Virus record (IMG/VR): IMGVR_UViG_3300003937_000247
Direction: 5' to 3' (one strand)
DNA from: a virus
Length of the DNA stretch: 64,000 nt
The position numbers and the translations under genes were made by a program. The notes beneath the pieces were generated by a model, which was not told the origin of the DNA, did not search any database, and saw only the letters and a program-made list of their open reading frames with translations. Positions 16,344-25,134 of this stretch are shown here, piece by piece (positions within the stretch are counted from its first letter, which is position 1; the number at the start of each line of letters is the position of its first letter).

Positions 16344-18347
16344 ATGGCCTTTGCCAATACTACTGGTCACAAATATAATGATTTCTCCTACAGATATCCT
16401 GGTGACTTTCGGACATCTGAAATAATCCTATACAGTTATGGTGGTTCTCAAATTGAAATAGCAGGACTTACTGGTACTGTAAATATATACCAATCTTTAG
16501 ATTCAGGATTTCTATCAGGTAACATTCTGTTCTTTGATAGTGTAGGCGCTGTAAATAAATTACCTATTATTGGTAATGAGTTTTTAGAGTTTAAGTTTAG
16601 AACACCTATAGACGCAGGTGGTGATGAAGAACTGGATGCTACAAACCATAGATTTCAGGTCTATGAAAAGAAGTCAGTAAAAACAACCCAAAATGTACAG
16701 GCTGTTGGCTTGTATTTTACATCAATAGAATCAATCAGAAATGAGCGAACAAGAGTATCCAAATCCCTTGCAGGTTCATATGCTGAAATGGTTAATAATA
16801 TTGTCAAAGAGGACAAACAATTATTGGCTAGTAAGAAGGACTTGTTTATTGATCCAACACTAGGCAATTACAAATACACATTCCCCAATTGTAGACCAAT
16901 AGAAGCTGTACGTCATATGGCCTATATGGCAGAACCAGTTAATTTCAAAACACCACATTATATGTTTTATGAAAACAATAGAGGTTTTCACTTCAGGTGT
17001 TTGGAGAGTTTATATAGAGAGAGTGCTAACAACCAAGACAATAGAAAGTTTGTTGCTTATTTTGATTTACTATCAGCATTTAATCCTAGTTTCGGACCAA
17101 GTGATATTCAAACTGAATCACCAATTGTTAAACCATATTCATTTAAATTTAACGACTCATACAATACACTAACAAATACAAGACGTGGTATGTTTGGTAG
17201 TGTGATGTATAAGCATAATATGATTGACAAGAAATTTGAAAAAACTAAAATGTCATATACAAGCTATTATGAACAGGCATTACACATAGACGCACCAGAT
17301 GGTTCGCCTTCACAAATGAACAAGTACCAAGGTGTTATGCCACCTGGTCCTGCTGATTTTGATGAAGACATTACAGTTGATGATAAATCAGCTGGTTCAG
17401 ATAGTCACCACCACGTTGAAGCATTAAAGAAATCAATATTGTCAAAAGCAAATGGTGCTGATCAACGTAAATACATGGACGATTATTTTGCTCGTGTATT
17501 TGTGGTACCTGAAACAAAGAAGAACCATAATATGAATATAGATGGCGACCACCTTGATCCTAGATTGGAACAGAAACAAAACCTATCAGAAGCATTACGA
17601 GATTATTTCTCAATGACTATAGATGTACCAGGCAATTTCACATACAACGTGGGTGATTTAGTATGGTGTGAAGTGCCATCATTTAATGCTGCTGAGGCGA
17701 CCAATGATGGTACGATTAAAAGATATGATGTAATAGACCAATTGTTAACAGGTCGTTACCTAATCAAATCTCTACACCATCAAATGGACTTCATAGAACG
17801 AAAGCACACTACTTCGGTAACTGTAGTTAGGAACATATTTGCGACAGATTTACCAAATGCAGATACCTTTAAGGCACAAGCACATTTCAGAACGAAATCA
17901 GTAGATGTAATAGGGTCAGGTATTGATATCTCAACCCTAGTACCTTTAAAGATTAAGAATTTGAAGATACCATCCCCTCAAATTAAGACGGTAGAAGACA
18001 TAGCCAAACAATTAGGGGTAGATATCAACAGTACAGACTTAAACATCAAGGATGCCGCTAATAAGGCGGTTAACAACGTGCTAAACAGTACTTCTAATAG
18101 AGTAATACAATTAAAACATCTTGCGAAAATCAACAGTACTATATTAACACGTAAAACTGTAATTGAGAAAATCGCAGAAAAGGCGAAACTAGCATTAGGG
18201 GGTATCAATTTATCAAACGTAAACAACATACCACCATCAATGCGTGGGACAATGAAGGGCAATATCAGTAGCTTTGTTCAATCAGCAACGGTGGCATTTA
18301 AGCAGAACTTCTCTAAAGCCAAGAGTTTCTTTAAAGGATTCTTCTAA
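16344..18347 (+). CDS. baseplate hub protein (gp27-like)
   Basis: LPIIGNE; FYEN..GF.F...ESL; VPG......GD; L.GRYLI..L.H; between gp53 and gp5. Confidence 0.75.
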   Translation: MAFANTTGHKYNDFSYRYPGDFRTSEIILYSYGGSQIEIAGLTGTVNIYQSLDSGFLSGNILFFDSVGAVNKLPIIGNEFLEFKFRTPIDAGGDEELDATNHRFQVYEKKSVKTTQNVQAVGLYFTSIESIRNERTRVSKSLAGSYAEMVNNIVKEDKQLLASKKDLFIDPTLGNYKYTFPNCRPIEAVRHMAYMAEPVNFKTPHYMFYENNRGFHFRCLESLYRESANNQDNRKFVAYFDLLSAFNPSFGPSDIQTESPIVKPYSFKFNDSYNTLTNTRRGMFGSVMYKHNMIDKKFEKTKMSYTSYYEQALHIDAPDGSPSQMNKYQGVMPPGPADFDEDITVDDKSAGSDSHHHVEALKKSILSKANGADQRKYMDDYFARVFVVPETKKNHNMNIDGDHLDPRLEQKQNLSEALRDYFSMTIDVPGNFTYNVGDLVWCEVPSFNAAEATNDGTIKRYDVIDQLLTGRYLIKSLHHQMDFIERKHTTSVTVVRNIFATDLPNADTFKAQAHFRTKSVDVIGSGIDISTLVPLKIKNLKIPSPQIKTVEDIAKQLGVDINSTDLNIKDAANKAVNNVLNSTSNRVIQLKHLAKINSTILTRKTVIEKIAEKAKLALGGINLSNVNNIPPSMRGTMKGNISSFVQSATVAFKQNFSKAKSFFKGFF

Positions 18348-18665
18348 ATGAACAAAACATTGAGCCAGCTCAAAGTTTACTGCGAGTTTGAAAAAATTTT
18401 CCATAAGGGTATGGCCACAAGAGAGGCCACATTAGAGATATGTACAAACAATGTAAGAGAGAACTATTTTGAACTATACAAAAGGATCAAAGACAATTTG
18501 AAACAAATGAAAGATATAATCACAAATAAATCAATGAAACAAAGAGGATATCAAAGATGGCCTCAGCGTAGTGCTACGCACGGCGGCGCCTACGCAGCTT
18601 CATTAAATACGGATAAATATAATAGCGTGAGTGGTTTAAATACGGCTCTTTATGGGAATTTTTAA
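18348..18665 (+). CDS. hypothetical ORF (may instead be a non-coding repeat-rich element)
   Basis: Fills the gp27-gp5 gap exactly but has no recognisable motif and contains short repeats. Confidence 0.4.
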   Translation: MNKTLSQLKVYCEFEKIFHKGMATREATLEICTNNVRENYFELYKRIKDNLKQMKDIITNKSMKQRGYQRWPQRSATHGGAYAASLNTDKYNSVSGLNTALYGNF

Positions 18666-19772
18666 ATGATTACAACAGATTTTATGGGACGAGATGGCTT
18701 CACTTGGTTCACAGGTGTGGTAGAAGATAGAGCAGACCCGCTTAAACTTGGCCGAGTTAGAGTACGCCAGTTAGGTTATCACACGGAAGACAAGGAGGCC
18801 TTGCCGACCGCTGACCTACCATGGGCGCATCCCCTATTACCGATTACATCCTCTGGCATCAGCGGCATTGGCCATACGCCACTTGGCTTGCTTGAAGGCA
18901 GCTGGGTGATTGGTTTCTTTAGGGACGCAGATACGAAACAAGACGCAGTAATCATCGGAGCATTGCCAGGCAAGCCCCTTACAGATGGCGCAACGAACCT
19001 GGCCGTGGGCCAGGGCTTCTCGGACCCCAATGGGATTTATCCGAGATACGCTGAGGAGTCAGACGTAAATAGATTAGCGCGGAATGACGCAGACACAGAG
19101 GAGGCCTCATACCAACACATCACATTGGAGGCCAGAAAGACTTTCAGAGCGGCCTCATATACAAACATACCAACAGGTAATATTATCCCAATACAAGCTC
19201 CGCCAGTGAATACGCCCCTATCAGAAGGAGACGTATGGTCCTTACCTGCTAATACGTATGCGGCCGAGTACCCATACAACCACGTATTCGAATCAGAAAG
19301 CGGCCACCTATTAGAATTTGACGATACGCCCAATAAGGAGAGAATCCTTTTATATCACCATAGTGGGACAGAAACAGAAATCACGGCCGCAGGTACCAAG
19401 GCCGAAGTCAACAAAGATTCAACATACAATATAACTGAAAAGGACAATAAGGTCTACATTAAGGGCACCTCCGACATTACAATAGGTGGCCGCCATAAGG
19501 TCATTATCAATGCTGATGGTGCGGCCGATAACAATTACGATATACAGATAGGGCCTAATGCTAATGTAAACATACAGGTAGATAAAGGGAATGTGAACAT
19601 AGCCGCTTTGGATGGTAATATGAATTTGTTTGCTAATAACAATTTCAACCTATCGGTAGGGGGTGTACTGGACATACAAGCAGGCCAGATTAAAGAACAT
19701 TCACACAGCACCTCTACACGTACAGCTGCTGGGGAGTACCACACGTATGGCTCACCAATTGACCATAACTAG
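18666..19772 (+). CDS. gp5: baseplate central spike gp5 (OB-fold + beta-helix, no lysozyme domain)
   Basis: WF.GVVEDR.DP..LGRVRVR; LPWA; YPYNHV.ESESGH..EFDDTP; C-terminal IDHN. Confidence 0.93.
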   Translation: MITTDFMGRDGFTWFTGVVEDRADPLKLGRVRVRQLGYHTEDKEALPTADLPWAHPLLPITSSGISGIGHTPLGLLEGSWVIGFFRDADTKQDAVIIGALPGKPLTDGATNLAVGQGFSDPNGIYPRYAEESDVNRLARNDADTEEASYQHITLEARKTFRAASYTNIPTGNIIPIQAPPVNTPLSEGDVWSLPANTYAAEYPYNHVFESESGHLLEFDDTPNKERILLYHHSGTETEITAAGTKAEVNKDSTYNITEKDNKVYIKGTSDITIGGRHKVIINADGAADNNYDIQIGPNANVNIQVDKGNVNIAALDGNMNLFANNNFNLSVGGVLDIQAGQIKEHSHSTSTRTAAGEYHTYGSPIDHN

Positions 19773-19838
19773 GACGTGTCACAGGAGCACTATTAGGACT
19801 GGCTGGCTTTGTTAATCTATAAAAGTAGTAAGTAACAT

Positions 19839-20027
19839 ATGAATATAACGAAGCAGGCTTTTATGGTCCTACATATAGGATTTTTTTTCGTATTAATTTT
19901 ATTACTATTAAGTTGTGCTAATGTAAAGTTTAATTGTGATATAACTAATATAGAAAGTCCCAACATAGAGGGCGCGGTTGAGGAATGCAGGGATAACCCA
20001 ACTGCAATGATTACAAAGGAATTCTGA
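19839..20027 (+). CDS. small lipoprotein
   Basis: Hydrophobic signal + LLSC lipobox. Confidence 0.5.
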   Translation: MNITKQAFMVLHIGFFFVLILLLLSCANVKFNCDITNIESPNIEGAVEECRDNPTAMITKEF

Positions 20028-20106
20028 GGATGGCTAATATTATACATAGTGATGTTAGTCCCTCCAGAGAAGTGCTAGAGCTAGCATTATTACATATAAG
20101 GAAGGT

Positions 20107-20448
20107 ATGATTACACTTACGCAAAACGCAATCACGCAATTAACTAACATAGCAAGTAAAGCAAATACTCGTTATGTGAGATTAGATATTAAGGGTGGTG
20201 GTTGTGCAGGCTACGAATACAAATGGTCTACTACAGATATAAGGGAAGATACAGATTGTTTATTGGAAGATGTACTTATTGTTTCAATGGAATTAGAAAT
20301 GTATTTACTAGGGACTTCGTTAGATTGGACAACGGATACGTTTAAGTCGGAGTTTACGATAACTAATCCTCAAAGCAAATCAGGATGTGGCTGTGGTGAA
20401 TCGTTTAGTTTAAGGGAAGATATAGGAGATGGAGGTAATTACTCCTAA
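20107..20448 (+). CDS. iscA: A-type Fe-S carrier IscA/SufA (HesB family)
   Basis: ITLT..A; KGGGCAG.EY; NP....CGCGESF. Confidence 0.95.
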   Translation: MITLTQNAITQLTNIASKANTRYVRLDIKGGGCAGYEYKWSTTDIREDTDCLLEDVLIVSMELEMYLLGTSLDWTTDTFKSEFTITNPQSKSGCGCGESFSLREDIGDGGNYS

Positions 20449-20515
20449 AAAATTTTCGCATATCTTCGAGTCTATTTAAAGTGTAACTGTGCGGCCTTTT
20501 TCAATAAATAGTAAT

Positions 20516-20602
20516 ATGTTAAAACTGTTTATTATCTTTTGGTTATTAATGATATTGATTGCTGTGGGTATGGGATATTACCATGGACATATAATAATAT
20601 GA
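20516..20602 (+). CDS. small membrane peptide (28 aa)
   Basis: MLKLFIIFWLLMILIAVGMGYYHGHIII; AATAAATA 5 nt upstream; stop overlaps the next ATG. Confidence 0.5.
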   Translation: MLKLFIIFWLLMILIAVGMGYYHGHIII

Positions 20603-21465
20603 TTCATAAGACAACCACACCTGTATTGATATCTATGCCACGTAGTGGTTCTCATTACGTAGGTTCCTTTTTAAGAGAAACATACAAAGGACGTGGGGTA
20701 ACATTCCCTGGTGGTAGTGAATTATTTTCACCTGACTTTGTTACTAGAACCACCGATGTGATAGAGTTGTTTGAATTTATACGTAATAAAAGCAAGATGG
20801 ATATCTTCACCGTATTTCATTCTGACCATTTATCTAATAACATAAACATACCAGCAAGGCCAAAGTATGAAACCTTGTTTGATTGGTTTAAAGAATTTTA
20901 TGATGGTTATCAAATATGCTTATTACGTAGAAAGAATTTATGGAAGACCTATATCAGTTGGTTGTTTCATCATTCTATAAAGACTGCTTTTCTAAAAGGT
21001 ACCGAGAGTTTTTCAGCAAGGGATTATGAAACCTTGGATGATGTCCACCCTTGGCATAACATACGAGGTAGTCAAAACAATGAAATCGTAAAATCAACAA
21101 TACAACAAATATCACCAAAGTTTGTGCATAGAGAAAAGCTGTGGCAAAATTTTTTACGTGAGTTGCGTTATTTTGAGGAAGAAATTATTACCTATTATGT
21201 CAAAGGTAAATACAATCATTTAAATGTACGTAGTTGGTGGTTAGAGGATTTAGATGATGAGAAGCTTTCAGAATGGTATGTACCAGAAGAAAGACGTTTT
21301 ACAAAGGCAGGTGGTATAAACACTTTTGTTATGGAAGAACCAATAATTCCTTTTGATATTAAGTATGAAACCTACTTTAAGAAAAGTGAGTTAGAAAAAA
21401 TTAAAGAAAAATTAGATAAAGTAGTAGATACTGAATTTAAGCATTATGGGTACGTGGTAAATTAA
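20599..21465 (+). CDS. sulfotransferase-like P-loop protein
   Basis: PAPS-binding ISMPRSGS; L.R.N....YIS (Stf0-like); start moved to MIHK (ATGA overlap). Confidence 0.65.
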   Translation: MIHKTTTPVLISMPRSGSHYVGSFLRETYKGRGVTFPGGSELFSPDFVTRTTDVIELFEFIRNKSKMDIFTVFHSDHLSNNINIPARPKYETLFDWFKEFYDGYQICLLRRKNLWKTYISWLFHHSIKTAFLKGTESFSARDYETLDDVHPWHNIRGSQNNEIVKSTIQQISPKFVHREKLWQNFLRELRYFEEEIITYYVKGKYNHLNVRSWWLEDLDDEKLSEWYVPEERRFTKAGGINTFVMEEPIIPFDIKYETYFKKSELEKIKEKLDKVVDTEFKHYGYVVN

Positions 21466-22294
21466 ACGCCCACGCTTTTTCATAACACCAGAAACATTGC
21501 CAACACCAAGCATTAAAATCTCTTGTTTGTCTAGCAGAACCTACACAAGACCGAGTTATAGGAAATAAGTCTTTCATTAGACCTTCTTCTCTAAAGACAC
21601 CAGCAACAAATTTCTTATTAACATTTAACCAAGGTTGATATACATTATATCTTAATTCTGGTTTGTCATTTACATCACGTCTTGCTTCTCCTTGTACTCT
21701 ATCAATATCTGTTGCTGTATAATTGTTTGATGGAAATCTAGCTTTCACAGCGTCACCAAATGCCATACGAACAGCCTTCGGTGGGTTCTTACTCATACCG
21801 TCAAGTCTAATAGGTCGGTCAATTGTTTTCATAAAGTTTGGTATTAATTTATCCAGTTGCATTACCTTTGCTACCTGTACTACAGACATTGTGCTGTATG
21901 CGTCATCTGAAGCTATAAGTTCTTTTGCTTTAGGCCAGTAACCACCAACCTCTCTATCATTAAAATCACCTATGGTAATATCATTTAACTTACCATCTGG
22001 AAATCTCATTTGGAGATATTCTACTATTGCTGTAGCTGCTACAGCGTCTTTCGGTGCGTTTACATCATTACAACAATACGGATATATTTCTATTTGTGGA
22101 AAGTGTTTTAATGTTAGATAAGTTGCAGCCGCTGAATCACAACCACCTGATAATGATACAACAACCCTTTTAGGTATAAACTTTTCATCAAAGTCTATAT
22201 CTTTTAAACAATTTTCTTTGTAAGGTGATTTTTCTACCAATGATTTTATTTTTGTATAAAACTCTACTGTTTGATTACCATATGTTATGTGCAT
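21437..22294 (-). CDS. QueC-like PP-loop ATP pyrophosphatase
   Basis: SLSGGCDS PP-loop; C-terminal TRSC...C..CFWC.EK Zn motif. Confidence 0.75.
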   Translation of the reverse strand: MHITYGNQTVEFYTKIKSLVEKSPYKENCLKDIDFDEKFIPKRVVVSLSGGCDSAAATYLTLKHFPQIEIYPYCCNDVNAPKDAVAATAIVEYLQMRFPDGKLNDITIGDFNDREVGGYWPKAKELIASDDAYSTMSVVQVAKVMQLDKLIPNFMKTIDRPIRLDGMSKNPPKAVRMAFGDAVKARFPSNNYTATDIDRVQGEARRDVNDKPELRYNVYQPWLNVNKKFVAGVFREEGLMKDLFPITRSCVGSARQTRDFNAWCWQCFWCYEKAWAFNLPRTHNA

Positions 22295-22295
22295 A

Positions 22296-23066
22296 TTATT
22301 TAAATACTCCTTGTCTTACTTTTCTCCAACGCTCTAGTTCTGGCGTTACATTAAAGTATTCCTCATTTTTTATTTTTTTAACTATATTTTTTTCACTAGG
22401 TTTAGGAAAGTTCTCATATTGCTTTTGTACATTTTTTCTTAATGTTCTGGACTTTGGATCAAAACCTCTATTTGTTTTAACCAGTAATAAGGTCATACCT
22501 TCCTTTTGTGCAATTTCTTTTGCTTGTTCTATTTCGTGTTCGTTGTAACCGAATATAATATATTGCCATACAATAGCGTGTCCCATTTGTACACCTAGTT
22601 GCATTGATTCCCATACTTGTTTAAAGTTTGAACCAATACGATAGATTTCGCTTTTAACATCTAAGCCATCTACACCAAAGTACCAAGAGTTTTCTCCTAA
22701 TCCATAACTGTATGCTTTTTCCCACCACTTCATATCCATACTACCGTCTTTTGTATTTGTACCATTGGTTGCAATTCTCAACCCTTTACCTAAACCGTCC
22801 ATCATTTCTAAAAATGCTAGAAAATCAGGATGATATATTGGGTCTGATATTTGGCCACAAAAGGTTATTTGATTTTCGTAATAGTTCAATATTTTTCTAA
22901 ACTCGTTTTTACCTATATCAAATGATCTTTTTATTCTTGGAAGGCCTTCTACTTTTTGACGGAGACATTGTGGACAACGCAATATACATCTATGCGATAA
23001 ATCCATATTCGGTGATGAAAGTTTTTGATTTCTTATATAGAAGTCTGTTAGTTTTTCTTGTATCAT
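22296..23066 (-). CDS. radical SAM enzyme (no fused SPASM domain)
   Basis: CILRCPQC (CxxxCxxC); CGQISDP; TNG; FGVDGL; YR; WQYIIF.YNEH. Confidence 0.9.
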   Translation of the reverse strand: MIQEKLTDFYIRNQKLSSPNMDLSHRCILRCPQCLRQKVEGLPRIKRSFDIGKNEFRKILNYYENQITFCGQISDPIYHPDFLAFLEMMDGLGKGLRIATNGTNTKDGSMDMKWWEKAYSYGLGENSWYFGVDGLDVKSEIYRIGSNFKQVWESMQLGVQMGHAIVWQYIIFGYNEHEIEQAKEIAQKEGMTLLLVKTNRGFDPKSRTLRKNVQKQYENFPKPSEKNIVKKIKNEEYFNVTPELERWRKVRQGVFK

Positions 23067-23386
23067 TTTTTATAAGTATCTTTTTCTCTATTGCCACATT
23101 TATATTGGCATTGTTTCAAAGCACAACTAGGATTATTTATTAGAGCGTCAAAGAAGTTTTCCCATTCTTTAGAACCATATATGTCTTCTAACTTCTCTAC
23201 ATTTTTTAAAGCAAGGTGTTCATCTTTCAAATGGAATACTTCTTCTACACCGTGGTCGTTTTTAGGGTCATCTAACCAACAACAAGGTAACATAAAACCG
23301 TCTGCTGTATATGCAGCTGGTTTATGATAACTTTTAGGTTGATAAGTCAAACATCTAGGTTTGATTTTTATATCTTTTGCTTCCAT
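23063..23386 (-). CDS. stand-alone SPASM/twitch-like Fe-S protein
   Basis: PRC...A.G.MLPCCW...LEDI..S..W...C.YKCG. Confidence 0.75.
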   Translation of the reverse strand: MEAKDIKIKPRCLTYQPKSYHKPAAYTADGFMLPCCWLDDPKNDHGVEEVFHLKDEHLALKNVEKLEDIYGSKEWENFFDALINNPSCALKQCQYKCGNREKDTYKK

Positions 23387-23691
23387 TTCACATTACCACA
23401 TTTATATTGACAATAATTCATAGCCTTACTAGGTCTATTTATTATAGTATCAAAAAATGCTTCCCATTCTTTAGAACCATATATTTCTTCTAACTTGTTA
23501 ACGTTCTTTACTGCAAGATGATTATCTTTTAAGTGCCATACTTTTTCTACATCATCATCCACTTCAGGCTGATCTAACCAGCAACAAGGCAACATAAAAC
23601 CATCTGCTGTATATGCAGCTGGTGTATGATATTCATTCTCCATTGGAAAAGTCAAACATCTAGGTTTTATCTTTATGTCTTTTTCGTCCAT
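23368..23691 (-). CDS. stand-alone SPASM/twitch-like Fe-S protein (tandem paralog)
   Basis: Close paralog of 23063-23386 with the same Cys pattern. Confidence 0.75.
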   Translation of the reverse strand: MDEKDIKIKPRCLTFPMENEYHTPAAYTADGFMLPCCWLDQPEVDDDVEKVWHLKDNHLAVKNVNKLEEIYGSKEWEAFFDTIINRPSKAMNYCQYKCGNVKWKQKI

Positions 23692-23697
23692 AGTATA

Positions 23698-23726
23698 ATT
23701 ATATCACTTAATCTTACTATTGTCAA
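23698..23726 (-). promoter_or_regulatory. sigma70-type promoter, leaderless geometry
   Basis: TTGACA-17 nt-TATAAT on - strand, -10 box 6 nt before ATG 23691. Confidence 0.75.
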
Positions 23727-24583
23727 GCCTTGCCATTTCCTGAACCATTGGCCATTTTCTTTTTGAATACTTCCCAATCTTGTTCATATCTTTCGTCATT
23801 TACCCATACATCAATTTTTTCAAAGTTATACCAATACTTCTTTATTATATCTTCATCTATCATTGATGGAAAAACCCAGTTTTCATCTGGTAGTCCTTTT
23901 TTAGCTTCCTTGACTTTTATATCTCTATTATATACATACGGATGTACTTTACGTTCCAAATTTTCATTTGGGTAACCAACACCCACAAGTAATCTAGGCT
24001 CTGTTAAACAACTCAATAGATTTTCTATAGAGTCTGGATTATTAGCACCTTTCTCAAAGGCACTACAGAAACCTGTTTTGTAACCAAGTAAGGCTGCTGA
24101 CATAGTTAATTGGCCAGACGATATCCCTATTGACATTGCTTTTTGTTCAAACAAAGTTTCTTTTGCTATTGGCGAAGCTTTGTCTGATCTAGCAGCTATT
24201 ATATGTGTACCACCTCTTAAATTTTTCTGGTCATCACAAAACACAAAAACAGCGCTAGCACGTATTTGTGAATTTTCAACAGCATATCTTTTATCTGACT
24301 TGTGAAGGTTGTCCTTCGCCTTATCAGTAAAAATTTTATCTGTTTCTTTGTTTGTTTGAAAAGTAAAATTTTTTGATCTATCATAAATTTCTTTTATGAC
24401 AACAGGATCAGTATATACTCTTAAATTAAAATGTGTTTCATTTTGTTTTGATGGAGAATTTGAAGCAACATAAATTAGAGTTTCTAAATCCTTTTGTGGT
24501 ATGGATTTAGTCAAGTCATAGTTTCGCTGTGCTCTTTTCGCCACATCAATTGCATTAATTATTTCATTATTTGTATTATTCAT
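23723..24583 (-). CDS. nitroreductase-family flavoprotein
   Basis: QRNYD; SPSKQN; IGISSGQL..SA.LLG.KTGFC; VGVGYP. Confidence 0.82.
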   Translation of the reverse strand: MNNTNNEIINAIDVAKRAQRNYDLTKSIPQKDLETLIYVASNSPSKQNETHFNLRVYTDPVVIKEIYDRSKNFTFQTNKETDKIFTDKAKDNLHKSDKRYAVENSQIRASAVFVFCDDQKNLRGGTHIIAARSDKASPIAKETLFEQKAMSIGISSGQLTMSAALLGYKTGFCSAFEKGANNPDSIENLLSCLTEPRLLVGVGYPNENLERKVHPYVYNRDIKVKEAKKGLPDENWVFPSMIDEDIIKKYWYNFEKIDVWVNDERYEQDWEVFKKKMANGSGNGKA

Positions 24584-24599
24584 TTTGTCTCCTTTTAAT

Positions 24600-24614
24600 T
24601 ATTTATTATAAATA
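24600..24614. promoter_or_regulatory. overlapping divergent late promoters
   Basis: AATAAATA on - (24600-24607) and TATAAATA on + (24607-24614). Confidence 0.55.
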
Positions 24615-24680
24615 TAAGTGAGTATATAATCTTATATTTAAATCCCGAACATTGCTAGAAATCAAACGAAGGACTTATAT

Positions 24681-24938
24681 ATGGCAGTAAAGCCTAAAAA
24701 GATTACTATGTCTTCCTTAAAGAGGAAAGCTCCAAAAGTGCCTGGCTTGACGTGTATTAATATTGATAACGTTATAGGGCAATTGGAGAAGTTAGTTGAA
24801 CATAAGAAGAAATTAGATAAAAGACAATTAAAGTCTTTAGTGAAAAGATTAGAAAGATTACGAAGCACCAATGAATCATTAAGAGATAGTGGTATCTATT
24901 GGTATGAAAAACTTAAACACTTATTAAAAACGAGGTAG
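24681..24938 (+). CDS. hypothetical protein
   Basis: ORF track; AAGGA SD; TC..ID..I..LE; LR..N..LR..G..WY. Confidence 0.7.
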   Translation: MAVKPKKITMSSLKRKAPKVPGLTCINIDNVIGQLEKLVEHKKKLDKRQLKSLVKRLERLRSTNESLRDSGIYWYEKLKHLLKTR

Positions 24939-25134
24939 ATTTATGAATTACTACTTTACAGGTATTTTGATATTAATGTTTATAGCACTAACATTGCTAG
25001 TGAGCCCTAATTGGCCGATATCTTAATTGATTAACGTTTAGTTAAAAAGAAAAAAGAACAGAATATAGCACCTAATACAATTACTCTCAACTCTATTGGT
25101 GAATTCCAGAATATGTCAAATATTTCTATCATTA

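Noticed and set aside
21437-22294. Canonical queC / 7-deazaguanine DNA modification pathway
   Set aside because: No recognisable folE, queD, queE or dpdA nearby and the sequence is divergent; kept as QueC-like only
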